43,477 nt of DNA from Promethearchaeota archaeon Loki_b31 (GTDB lineage Archaea > Asgardarchaeota > Lokiarchaeia > Sigyniarchaeales > SOKP01). The notes beneath the pieces were generated by a model. That model did not search any database. It saw only the letters and a list, made by a program, of their open reading frames with translations, and was not told where the DNA came from. The number at the start of each line of letters is the position of its first letter. Position 1 is the first letter of the stretch. The position numbers and the translations under genes are program-made. This document shows, one piece after another, positions 27,323 through 36,807 of the stretch. Location of the stretch: positions 1-43,477 of the forward strand of contig NJBI01000029.1 of assembly GCA_005222975.1 (NCBI GenBank), written 5' to 3'.

Positions 27323-27546
27323 TGATTTCACCAACGGGTTGCGATTATTTCTCTTAGGTTGAGGATGTTCAAAAATTCATCCTTACTAAGGAGAACATTT
27401 ACTATTTTTATTTTATTACTTTTACTATATTCAATATTATCTTAAAGATATTTATATGTTTAGGATTGTAAATTAATACTGGCTGGTACTTCAAAAGAAA
27501 AAAGTAGTAAGGAAAAAATATTTTTGAGTTTGTGTAAATTTTTAAT

Positions 27547-28818
27547 CTATTTTTTTCGTTTCTTCTTCCCAATTCCCCCCATAGCAGCCATTAGCCATTC
27601 GGGACTACCGACTCCATTTGCATATTCCATCCAAATATACATTAAGAAGCCCATAAAACCGACATAAGTTATGTTTATAATGAGGAAAAGTATAACATCG
27701 AATTGTCCAATAAATAAACCAAGAAATAGCTGGTGCACAAAAAATAGACTTAACGAGACTTTACCGTAATATACTAGCATTTTAACGAAAATACCATATT
27801 TCTTCTTGATATCAATAAAATAAAAGCAGATGGCTATTATTAAAAGCGCAGCACCTAAATTATAAAACATGTTTGGGCCTCTACCTCTGATTAAAAACTC
27901 AGGCATTCCGGGAATTACAAAATATTTTTGGTCATTTGCTACACTTAATAAGATCATGTGAGGATATTCTCGGAGTCCACCTGGTATTGAAGATTCAGTG
28001 TACAATTGAGAACCTAAACCAATACCTACCGCTACCAAGATAATACCCCAGACCATAAAAATTCGAAATAAACCAACATACGCATCGTCAGTCCCCTTAT
28101 TCATTGCTTCGTAGAGATATTCTCCAAATATAGTAGAAATAAAACAGATAGCAAGACCTGGAAGGAGGGGTACCATGGGGTTTGGTCCGATTACTATAAA
28201 ATGAATTACGATTACGATTAAATTATCCGCTTCCAATCCTGGAACAAAAATTAGGTCTCTAATCACATTTGAAAATACTACGATTAAAATAGCAATAATG
28301 CCACGATAAAACTTAGTTAATTTTAAAGCGTAAAATGAAAAGATCTGTGAAGCGCCTATAAACATTAGGATGTTCCAACCCCAAAGGCTTAAAGGGAATG
28401 GTACGCCAAATCCATCCAAAGTTAGGGATACAACATTATAAATCATCGCTATTAGGATAATCATCGCGCCTCTCGAGAAAATTCGCATGCGAATTACTTT
28501 AGGAGGGAGTATGTTTTGCTTATTTTTTATGCTGAAAATTACGCTTAGAGACGAAAGAAAAACAAATAGCGATGGGCCAAGGAAATCCATTAATAAAAAT
28601 AATATTCCGTAAACATATTGGTTTTCACTGTTTAACCAAGCGCTACCCGAATGCGCTAATATAATAAAAACAATTGCGAAACCTTTTACAAAATCAATGC
28701 TTCCAATTCGTTTTGGCGAAGCAAAATCCCTGATATCTTCTAATGGGATTAATTCTTGCAAATAATTGAACAGTGGAGGAGATTCAGTTGCCCTTCCTAA
28801 TTCATTTTCAATCGATAT
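27547..28818 (-). CDS. Multi-pass membrane acyltransferase (HGSNAT/DUF1624-like), paralog 1 (probable ATA start)
   Basis: RIGSIDFVKGFAIVFIILAH, WNILMFIG, YYGKVSLSLF, SPEW; similarity to the paralog extends upstream of TTG 28761. Confidence 0.82.
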   Translation of the reverse strand: MSIENELGRATESPPLFNYLQELIPLEDIRDFASPKRIGSIDFVKGFAIVFIILAHSGSAWLNSENQYVYGILFLLMDFLGPSLFVFLSSLSVIFSIKNKQNILPPKVIRMRIFSRGAMIILIAMIYNVVSLTLDGFGVPFPLSLWGWNILMFIGASQIFSFYALKLTKFYRGIIAILIVVFSNVIRDLIFVPGLEADNLIVIVIHFIVIGPNPMVPLLPGLAICFISTIFGEYLYEAMNKGTDDAYVGLFRIFMVWGIILVAVGIGLGSQLYTESSIPGGLREYPHMILLSVANDQKYFVIPGMPEFLIRGRGPNMFYNLGAALLIIAICFYFIDIKKKYGIFVKMLVYYGKVSLSLFFVHQLFLGLFIGQFDVILFLIINITYVGFMGFLMYIWMEYANGVGSPEWLMAAMGGIGKKKRKK

Positions 28819-28956
28819 TTTTCACCAATTAAAATTATTACTTGAAAATTATAGAATATTCTTGTCTTATGAAAATTTAAACTTTATCATAAAAGAAAAA
28901 TTGAGATAAGAAATTAAAAATTGTTGAAAATTTTATTAGAAATTATTTGTATCGAC

Positions 28957-30330
28957 TTATTCTTCTGAACCTTTATCGCGTTCGTGTTTTATTTTATGAA
29001 CTGTTTCCTTTATTTCTTCTTCTATTATGCGTATTTCCTTCTTAAAAGTATCCCCTGTCTTCTGTCCAATTCTCCCAATTTGGACCATAATCCATTCTGG
29101 AGAACCCGCGCCGCCATAAAACTCGTTCCATACATACATTAAAAAACCCCAAAATCCCAAATAACCAAAAACAACGAATACTAAAGCAACCAAATTGAGA
29201 GAACTTAAAAAGAGTGTAATAAATATAAAATGTAGCAAAAACAAACTCAACGACACTTTTCCATAGTAATTCACCATGGATATAAAAACATTCATTTTCC
29301 TTTTTATGTCGATAAAATAAAAACTAATGGCAATGAGTAAAAGCGCAGCTCCTAAATTATATATCATGTTAGGCGCTCGTCCTCGAATTAAGAACTCCCA
29401 CATCCCAGGATATGTAATCTCGGGGAAGATACTTTGTGTTTGCATTATATTTAAGAGATCTATATGAGGATACTCATTTAAAGGAAGTTCACTGGTTGTA
29501 AAACCTCCGGGAACATATGCATTGCTACCTAAAAAAATGCCAGTAAGAACAAGGAAAATCCCCCAATATAAAAAGGTTCGAAATAACTTTTTATAATCTT
29601 TTTTCGTTCCTCCAACCATGGCTTCATACAAATATTCTCCAAAAATCGAAGAAAGAAAACATATCGAAAGCCAGGGTAATAATGGGGTCATAGGCGAAGG
29701 TGAAACTATTATATAGTGAAAAATAGAGATTATTACATCTCCTGCTTCTTTTCCTTGAAAAAGCCAAAATCGAATATTATCAGAAGTAAAAATAATAAAT
29801 AGACCTATTACTGCTCGAGCGATTTTACTAAGTTTTAAAGCGTAATAAGAAAATATCTGTGAAGCGCCTATAAACATTAGGATGTTCCAACCCCAAAGTG
29901 TGGCGGGAAAGGAATACCCTTCAATTGTGAACTCAATAGAAATTAAATTGAATATAACTGCTATTACAATAATCATTATTCCTCGAGAAAAAATTCTATT
30001 TCTTATGACCTTTTCTGGTAAAGTTCCCTTTTTTCGCCGAATACTAAAAACCACACTTAAAGCGGATAAAAAAACAAATAAAGATGGACCGAGAATGTCA
30101 AGAAAAGAAAGCGCTATCCCATAGAGAAATATCCAAGTAGAATCAAGCCACGCACCTGCTGTATGAGCTATTATTATAAAGACGATCGCGAATCCTTTGA
30201 CGAAATCTATGCTCCCAATACGCCTTACAGACGAGAAATCCCTCAGTTCCTCGACCGGGATCGCTTGCTTTAAATAATCTAAAAGGTGTATCGAGTCCAG
30301 ATCAATTTCTTTTTCTTTTTCCGATGACAT
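28957..30330 (-). CDS. Multi-pass membrane acyltransferase (HGSNAT/DUF1624-like), paralog 2
   Basis: Same motifs as paralog 1, plus a charged C-terminal extension. Confidence 0.82.
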   Translation of the reverse strand: MSSEKEKEIDLDSIHLLDYLKQAIPVEELRDFSSVRRIGSIDFVKGFAIVFIIIAHTAGAWLDSTWIFLYGIALSFLDILGPSLFVFLSALSVVFSIRRKKGTLPEKVIRNRIFSRGIMIIVIAVIFNLISIEFTIEGYSFPATLWGWNILMFIGASQIFSYYALKLSKIARAVIGLFIIFTSDNIRFWLFQGKEAGDVIISIFHYIIVSPSPMTPLLPWLSICFLSSIFGEYLYEAMVGGTKKDYKKLFRTFLYWGIFLVLTGIFLGSNAYVPGGFTTSELPLNEYPHIDLLNIMQTQSIFPEITYPGMWEFLIRGRAPNMIYNLGAALLLIAISFYFIDIKRKMNVFISMVNYYGKVSLSLFLLHFIFITLFLSSLNLVALVFVVFGYLGFWGFLMYVWNEFYGGAGSPEWIMVQIGRIGQKTGDTFKKEIRIIEEEIKETVHKIKHERDKGSEE

Positions 30331-30446
30331 TTCAGTTCAATATTTTTTTTGTAGTTCTATTTTAAGACTTAAATTAATATTACTATTTTAGTTTATACTA
30401 TTTGAATGTTTTTTTAAATATAAAAACCGTATAAACATAAAAAATT

Positions 30447-30854
30447 ATGAATATCAAAAAATATTTAGATTTTCGTTTGTTAGGATTAACTGGCTCGATA
30501 TTATTGATAATATCACAATTTTTATCTTGGTTCTCTAACCAATCTTTATTATGCATATATATTATTACAACGAGTGTAGCAATTGAAGATTCTTTTTTAT
30601 ATCTATTTCCTTTAATTAGCGGAATAATCTGTTTAGTTGGAACGGGTTTAATCGTTTATAAAATAGATTATAGAATTAATTCTGTAATAATTAATTTCGT
30701 TGGGTTGGGTTTTTTTTTGATATTTATTTTTGAAATCGTCACAAAAGAATTCATTTATCTTCCTACCGCCCAAATAGGTTTTTACTTTTCAATTATAGGC
30801 TCGATATTAATATTCTTCGATATTTTAAACGTCCTTATAATAAAGGAAAGCTAA
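30447..30854 (+). CDS. Four-TM hypothetical membrane protein
   Basis: FLSWF motif after TM1, four hydrophobic segments, IGFY motif. Confidence 0.75.
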   Translation: MNIKKYLDFRLLGLTGSILLIISQFLSWFSNQSLLCIYIITTSVAIEDSFLYLFPLISGIICLVGTGLIVYKIDYRINSVIINFVGLGFFLIFIFEIVTKEFIYLPTAQIGFYFSIIGSILIFFDILNVLIIKES

Positions 30855-30873
30855 GTGAGAAGGGGATCAAGCA

Positions 30874-31770
30874 ATTAGTGAAAAAGAAGAAACACATACG
30901 GAAAACGCTAAAAATTACGATGCTGAGGCTAATTTTTACTATGCCTTGGGCCATGGACTTAGGAGAAAGATTATAAACATTATTGGAGAGAATAAATTTA
31001 CTTCGTTCACATATCTTAAAAAAGAATTAAAGGTAAGTACAGGTACGATTTACCACCATTTAGATACTCTGTCTCATTTAATTGAACAACGTGATGATAA
31101 GAAATATTACTTAACTGAATTGGGACTCCATGCTTACAATTCGTTAAAGGATAACATAAATACAATCATTACTCCTGATTTTAGCAAAAAAGAATTTAGT
31201 TCGCCAATTTTGAAAGGATTAATGCGCTTGACTCCAAAAAAATATATTAATTACGAAAGCAACCAAATGATTTATACGATAATAATCTCAATTACGACTG
31301 CTTTAATAGGGGCAATATTTTGCGGTCTGAACGGTTTATTTCCTTTATTTCTCTTTTTTGGGCAATCTATAATAGAATTCGAATTTATTGAACCAATTCT
31401 TCAAATAATATTTGCAATTATATTTATAGGCAATATTGTTTTCTTTTTTCTAATTAACGAAGGCATAAGTCGCATAATTTATAAAAAAAAAGAAAATACC
31501 TTGAAATTTTTAATTTCTTTTCCCATTATTTTTTTTCCTTTAGATATTTACTTAGTATTGCATTTTATCTTATTCTCTACAGGTTCTTTAAATTTACCAG
31601 CAGTTAGAATATTAGATAATGTGCTCGTAATTTTATTCCAAGTATTGTCTTTATGGTTGTTAACATATAATTTAAGTGTGAATAAAAAGTTAAAAATTGA
31701 AAAATCGTTAATTATTTCGCTGTTGATCCACTACGGAGGTTTTTCTATTATCCTTCTACTTTCTATTTAA
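30874..31770 (+). CDS. ArsR-like wHTH fused to a multi-pass membrane domain (probable ATT start)
   Basis: FYYALGHGLRRKII..SFTYLKKEL..STGTIYHHLDTL..YYLTELG; first helix lies upstream of TTG 30946; about 5 TM helices follow. Confidence 0.82.
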   Translation: MSEKEETHTENAKNYDAEANFYYALGHGLRRKIINIIGENKFTSFTYLKKELKVSTGTIYHHLDTLSHLIEQRDDKKYYLTELGLHAYNSLKDNINTIITPDFSKKEFSSPILKGLMRLTPKKYINYESNQMIYTIIISITTALIGAIFCGLNGLFPLFLFFGQSIIEFEFIEPILQIIFAIIFIGNIVFFFLINEGISRIIYKKKENTLKFLISFPIIFFPLDIYLVLHFILFSTGSLNLPAVRILDNVLVILFQVLSLWLLTYNLSVNKKLKIEKSLIISLLIHYGGFSIILLLSI

Positions 31771-33082
31771 TCGTTTTAAAATTGTAGTCGTCAAAAATCT
31801 TAATAATTTTAGAAATTCTTTTCTCTGAAGAATCTAAATCCTTTGTTTTCGTTGCTATAAAACAATAATACAATAAATCTCGATCCACAACCGATTTACT
31901 TAAAGCAATTGGGGGTGTTACTATTTCTGGAATCACGCTCATTAATTTTGGGATAATGGTATTCATTATATTTTTGAACGATTTATTTCCAGAGTATTTC
32001 AATTCTAATCGAGTGAAATGTGAAAACTTATTTGGCTCTAATTTTGTTAATTCAAATTTAGATTTATATTGATTAAATAGGAATTCTAGAGGATTATAAT
32101 CCAATATGTTCCTAATACCGATATATGATGTAGTTAATCTTGGGTTAATCTCTATAAAATAGATAGAATTATCCTCTTTTTTTATGAAATCTATTCCAAA
32201 ATATCCCTGGAAACTTTTTAAGTCCATGGATTTTAAAATCTTTTCGAATTTATTTCTTAAAACTTTATAATTTTCTACTGGAGTAAAGCCTCCTAAGTAG
32301 AGAGAATCTTTATTGGGATCTAGATTTTGTACATTTTGAGCATTTAAACTCAGAATTATTTGATCCATGGCGTCAGTCTTTTCAGGGTTAGTTCTGTTAA
32401 TTATAGAAATACTTAAATCATCGCCATCAATATATTCTTGAACTATATAGCTTCTAGCTGTATCAAGTTTTGCTTTAGGCCTTTCAAATAACTGTAAAAT
32501 CTGATCTTTAGTTGTAAAGTGAAATAGTAATTCCGATCCTGCACCATCTTCGGGTTTCATTATTATGGAACTACCGAACTGATCAAATTTTTGAAGTATG
32601 AAATCTACATCCATCTCTCCTCCTTTTAAAGGGACTTTATAGGTTTTTGGAGTGTTGACTTTATTAGCTAAAAAATATTTGTAAGTCTCTAGCTTAGATG
32701 TTCCCAACCAAACACCGTTTAAATCTATACTTAGAATTTTCTTTTTAAGATCTTTTGCTATTTGAGTAAGTTTATAGAGGTGCTTTGAAAATTCTGGGGC
32801 AATAATAAAACAATAAATACATTCATTTAAGCAATCTGTATAAACTTTTATATAGTCATCATTCTTTCTAACTAGTTTTATTTTATCTGCTTTTAAATAT
32901 TGAGATAAAAAATCAATCCTAATATCTAATAATGTAGTAACTTGAAAACCTAAAAAAAAAAAATCTTCTATAATAGTCCTTAGCATTGCATAACCTTCAT
33001 TAAATAAAGATGGCGGAATATCGACCTGATTAAAACCTCCTCCAGAGGCAAATTCAAAGACAAATATTTTTTGATTAATCAT
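31763..33082 (-). CDS. ATP-grasp ligase, tyramine--L-glutamate ligase (MfnD)-like
   Basis: FEFASGGG, EGYAML, IIAPE, KPEDGAGS, VQEYIDG, YLGG, GYFGID, IEINPRLTTSYIG. Confidence 0.8.
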   Translation of the reverse strand: MINQKIFVFEFASGGGFNQVDIPPSLFNEGYAMLRTIIEDFFFLGFQVTTLLDIRIDFLSQYLKADKIKLVRKNDDYIKVYTDCLNECIYCFIIAPEFSKHLYKLTQIAKDLKKKILSIDLNGVWLGTSKLETYKYFLANKVNTPKTYKVPLKGGEMDVDFILQKFDQFGSSIIMKPEDGAGSELLFHFTTKDQILQLFERPKAKLDTARSYIVQEYIDGDDLSISIINRTNPEKTDAMDQIILSLNAQNVQNLDPNKDSLYLGGFTPVENYKVLRNKFEKILKSMDLKSFQGYFGIDFIKKEDNSIYFIEINPRLTTSYIGIRNILDYNPLEFLFNQYKSKFELTKLEPNKFSHFTRLELKYSGNKSFKNIMNTIIPKLMSVIPEIVTPPIALSKSVVDRDLLYYCFIATKTKDLDSSEKRISKIIKIFDDYNFKTIK

Positions 33083-33175
33083 TTTTAATGTATATTAATT
33101 TTCATAATTTTAATATGGTTTTAAAATGATGATTAAATTATTTTAATTAACTGAAATTTAAACAAAAAACTATAA

Positions 33176-34423
33176 GTGTGGAATATGACTTTTTTTACAA
33201 ACGAGATAATGCAGCGTATTCGATATCTGCATTATAAAATAAAGAAAATTGAAGAAGCTTTAGAAAAAGAAGAAGAAAGTGTTAGTTTAGACGATTTAAA
33301 CCTTGTTTTAGAGTACACTAAAATTTTAAACATTAACTATCAAAATGAAGACCAAATTAAAATTTTAAAAGATTTAGACATCACACCGAATTTTTTAGAA
33401 CCTTTAGACAACAACAAGGAAATTCAAATAAGAGATTTAATGTTTGAGTGTGCACGTACTTTATGGGTGATGGCAAGAGCCTATTCTCATATCTCAGAAA
33501 AATTTGAAGATAAGGAAGATTGGGAGGATGCGATAATAGCGATGGTAGAATGCAGCAAAATGTATAAAACTGCTGCGTATTTTAGTGCCGCATCTATTAA
33601 TCAGACTGAATTAGGAGTAACTCTTTCATCTGAAAATCTCGAATTGAATTCAGAGGAGGCTCGAATTTTAGCACAAAGTATTGCGGCATTAAAGGAAGAA
33701 AATTCTTATAATATTTATTTCGCTTCAAAATTATACTCGGGATTAAGCTCTTTATCAAAAAGATTATTTTATTTGAAAAAACACGACGAGAAGAAAAAAC
33801 AACAATTAAGAGCTCAATTTCACTTTGATATGGGTAAAGCTTGCAATCTTAAAGCTCAAGCTTCGTTAGAATCTTCGATTACAAATATTAATAAAGACAA
33901 AGTTAGAAAGTTACAACAAAAAGCAAATTTCTACTACGAAAAATCTAAAGAAATCTGGAAGGAAATGCTCCAAGAGTTATCTGATTTATCAAGCGAAGAA
34001 AAAAGCAATATTGACGGCAATTTGGCTATTGTTACGGATATATTGAAAGAAAACCAAATGGATGTTTTAAATTACGACGAGATTAAAAGAATTCAGGATC
34101 CTGAACCAATTATTATTATCCCAGAAAATTTAGCACCGTTCGTTCCAAAAAGCACCATATATTTAACCAAATTTGTACCTAAGGATTTAAACATTAAGAG
34201 GTTTAAAACGTTCCAAAAAAGGAAACTGGAACAAAAAATACCGTATAGTAAACGAGAGCGATTGATAGACAAAAAAGCTGGTATCGTAAGAACTATTAGT
34301 GAATTGAAAGTGCTAAAAGAGAATAAGGAAATTGAAGTGGAAAAATTTGCAGAACTTATGGAAAAATATTCTACTAAACTTAAAATGTGCGACACCGCAT
34401 TAGAAAAATTAGCTAAATTGTAA
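33176..34423 (+). CDS. Alpha-helical protein, Bro1/ALIX-like domain plus C-terminal helical hairpin
   Basis: Colinear by-eye similarity to Bro1 blocks (see findings). Start likely ATG 33185. Confidence 0.6.
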   Translation: MWNMTFFTNEIMQRIRYLHYKIKKIEEALEKEEESVSLDDLNLVLEYTKILNINYQNEDQIKILKDLDITPNFLEPLDNNKEIQIRDLMFECARTLWVMARAYSHISEKFEDKEDWEDAIIAMVECSKMYKTAAYFSAASINQTELGVTLSSENLELNSEEARILAQSIAALKEENSYNIYFASKLYSGLSSLSKRLFYLKKHDEKKKQQLRAQFHFDMGKACNLKAQASLESSITNINKDKVRKLQQKANFYYEKSKEIWKEMLQELSDLSSEEKSNIDGNLAIVTDILKENQMDVLNYDEIKRIQDPEPIIIIPENLAPFVPKSTIYLTKFVPKDLNIKRFKTFQKRKLEQKIPYSKRERLIDKKAGIVRTISELKVLKENKEIEVEKFAELMEKYSTKLKMCDTALEKLAKL

Positions 34424-34480
34424 TTCAAGAAAATTTATTTTTATTTAAAATTTTTAATTATACTGATTTAGCTAATCTTC

Positions 34481-34972
34481 TTAAGGTTCTAAGTATAATT
34501 TACGATTTTTTTCTAATTCGAACTTTCTTTCAGCTTCAGTTATAAAGAGAAGATCGTAAACTTCTTTAAATATAACCCCAAGTAACAATGTTTCTATAAT
34601 GAGATTTAAGTAAACCATCATTACTTGCAACTCGTGCAAATTAAGAAATAAAAGTGATAAAAATGTAAAATATAAGGGTAAATAGACTAAAGATACAATT
34701 CCAATCCTTTTTCCAAATTTAATAATGTGCTTGTCTTCCAATTTAAAAACTTTTTCTAATTTTAACGCTTCTATTATGTAATAGATGCTAAAACTCATAT
34801 TTAATACTGTCAATAAAACGATAAAATCTCTTTCTTTAGGTTCCAAGGCAATATAGGGTTTTAAAATAATCGAACTTATTAAAAAAGTAAGTGATATAAT
34901 AAATTGAATTAAGGATATTGATAACAAACCGTCGTGAAAGTTTTTATAATCCATTTTTTTATTTAAATCCAA
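34481..34972 (-). CDS. Four-TM hypothetical membrane protein
   Basis: 163-aa ORF with four hydrophobic segments and a charged C-terminus. Confidence 0.75.
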   Translation of the reverse strand: MDLNKKMDYKNFHDGLLSISLIQFIISLTFLISSIILKPYIALEPKERDFIVLLTVLNMSFSIYYIIEALKLEKVFKLEDKHIIKFGKRIGIVSLVYLPLYFTFLSLLFLNLHELQVMMVYLNLIIETLLLGVIFKEVYDLLFITEAERKFELEKNRKLYLEP

Positions 34973-35071
34973 ATTTATTAATATTTTAAATCAATTATTT
35001 TTAAATTTTTAAAATTGAAATTTTATTAAAGATAAAAACAAAAGATATATTAATAGTTTTGATAGATTAAA

Positions 35072-36775
35072 GTGCATCTGATGAGTTATTTAAACAACGA
35101 AGAAATTGAAAAATTAAAATTAACACACCCTAAAAAGCGAATCTTGCGCTTTATTTTTCTATTTACCGGACTTTTTATAATGTTTTTAGGATTTTTATTC
35201 TTATTTACGGGATTTGATTTTGAAATAACCCTCGAAGGTTTTAATCTCTCGTTATTTGTTGATATCCTAATAATTATTTTTGGAGGGATAATAACCTCAA
35301 AATTTTTCATTACGCCCTATTACATCCGGGAAAATTCTTTGACAATAAAAAGAATGCGCGATTTAAGAGAACCAATAGAAAAATTCGTTAAATTCAATTC
35401 AATTACGTTAACAAGAGGTATAGCTGCATTACTTTTAATCAGTGTTGGCATATTTTCTTTTCTTATATTCGGAGATGATATTGGGCATGAAGTAAAATAT
35501 GGGAGCGCTGTATTCCTTGGCGGACCATCTTGGTTTTATGTTACTGGCCTTCCAATGCTAGGAATTGGGCTGGGTTTACTAATTTATTTTCTATTGAGTC
35601 CCTTTCGGGGAGTGTTCTCGAGATCAAAGAATTTTCTTTTCTTTTACGAAATAAGACCTGCGTTTCCGTGGTTAACGGAAATTCCTAGGAAAGACATTGA
35701 AGTACTTCGATATCAAAATAATCACGCGGGCCCAAAATTAGCTTGGATTATAATAATGATTCCTTTTATCGTTTTACAACTTATGACAGCAATCCCCTTA
35801 TTTGCTGCTGAAAGAGCAGGACCTGAATTTGTACTATCTTGGACTTTTGTCGTTATTTCTATTTTAGACATCCTTGCCTTAATTATTTTGGTAATGTTTC
35901 AGCAAAACTATTTTGAAATCGCTACAAAGGAGAGACTTTATGAAATGTGGTTTTCTCCAGTGAAATTAAGAAAACAATCTCAGTTCAAGGAGGATTTTAG
36001 CATTTATTTAGATTGCAACCCAAATTTACGAGATGGAGAGGAATTAAATAATAGTGTATTATTTTCAGATGTAAGTACTACTAATTTTCAATTATTCAAC
36101 TTAGTCTTTGGGTTGTTTTTAATAATATTTGCAATAGTTATGCTAACGCAGATGGTATTTTTTGGTCCTTTAGTTTGGTGGGTCTCCTTAATGTATGGCT
36201 TAATGCTATTTGTAAAATCTCTATTTTACGATTTTGGTAGTAAAGATGGAGATATACTACAGTTTGACGAAGAATTAAAGAAATTTAGGTTCAAACGATT
36301 ATTTTACTATAAATTCCACTATGTTGCCGCAAATAATGTAGAGTCGATCAATGTGAGAAAGTGGTATAGAAAATTAGATTTCTTTGATATATTTGGAATA
36401 AGCGGATTACTTGTATTTATGACGATTCAACAAGTAGAAGGGTGGGTAATTGCTGATACAATGGGTTTAATAATTGATAACCTTCTAAGCACTTCGTTAT
36501 TGTGTGTGGTGATAGTTTTTATAATAATTTATGTATGCCTTCCAATCGATGTTGTCGAATTTAAAACCGCATCTATAACCTATAGAATTCCAATTACTTT
36601 AGATTTAAAAGAAGACCATCTTATCAATAAATATCTAAAGAATCTGAAAGTTTTCCCTAAGGAAGTTCTAAAGCCCGACATGAAAAAAACTTTTTTAGTA
36701 AGAATGGGGTTTATAGGTGCCTTTATTATTGGAGCTTTAATATATATAGCAATTTATTTTGCTTTTTCATTTTAA
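35072..36775 (+). CDS. Large multi-pass membrane protein, unknown function
   Basis: Repeated pairs of TM helices separated by short beta-rich soluble segments. Start likely ATG 35081. Confidence 0.75.
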   Translation: MHLMSYLNNEEIEKLKLTHPKKRILRFIFLFTGLFIMFLGFLFLFTGFDFEITLEGFNLSLFVDILIIIFGGIITSKFFITPYYIRENSLTIKRMRDLREPIEKFVKFNSITLTRGIAALLLISVGIFSFLIFGDDIGHEVKYGSAVFLGGPSWFYVTGLPMLGIGLGLLIYFLLSPFRGVFSRSKNFLFFYEIRPAFPWLTEIPRKDIEVLRYQNNHAGPKLAWIIIMIPFIVLQLMTAIPLFAAERAGPEFVLSWTFVVISILDILALIILVMFQQNYFEIATKERLYEMWFSPVKLRKQSQFKEDFSIYLDCNPNLRDGEELNNSVLFSDVSTTNFQLFNLVFGLFLIIFAIVMLTQMVFFGPLVWWVSLMYGLMLFVKSLFYDFGSKDGDILQFDEELKKFRFKRLFYYKFHYVAANNVESINVRKWYRKLDFFDIFGISGLLVFMTIQQVEGWVIADTMGLIIDNLLSTSLLCVVIVFIIIYVCLPIDVVEFKTASITYRIPITLDLKEDHLINKYLKNLKVFPKEVLKPDMKKTFLVRMGFIGAFIIGALIYIAIYFAFSF

Positions 36776-36807
36776 AATTACTTTTATATCTTAATAAAGA
36801 TATATTA

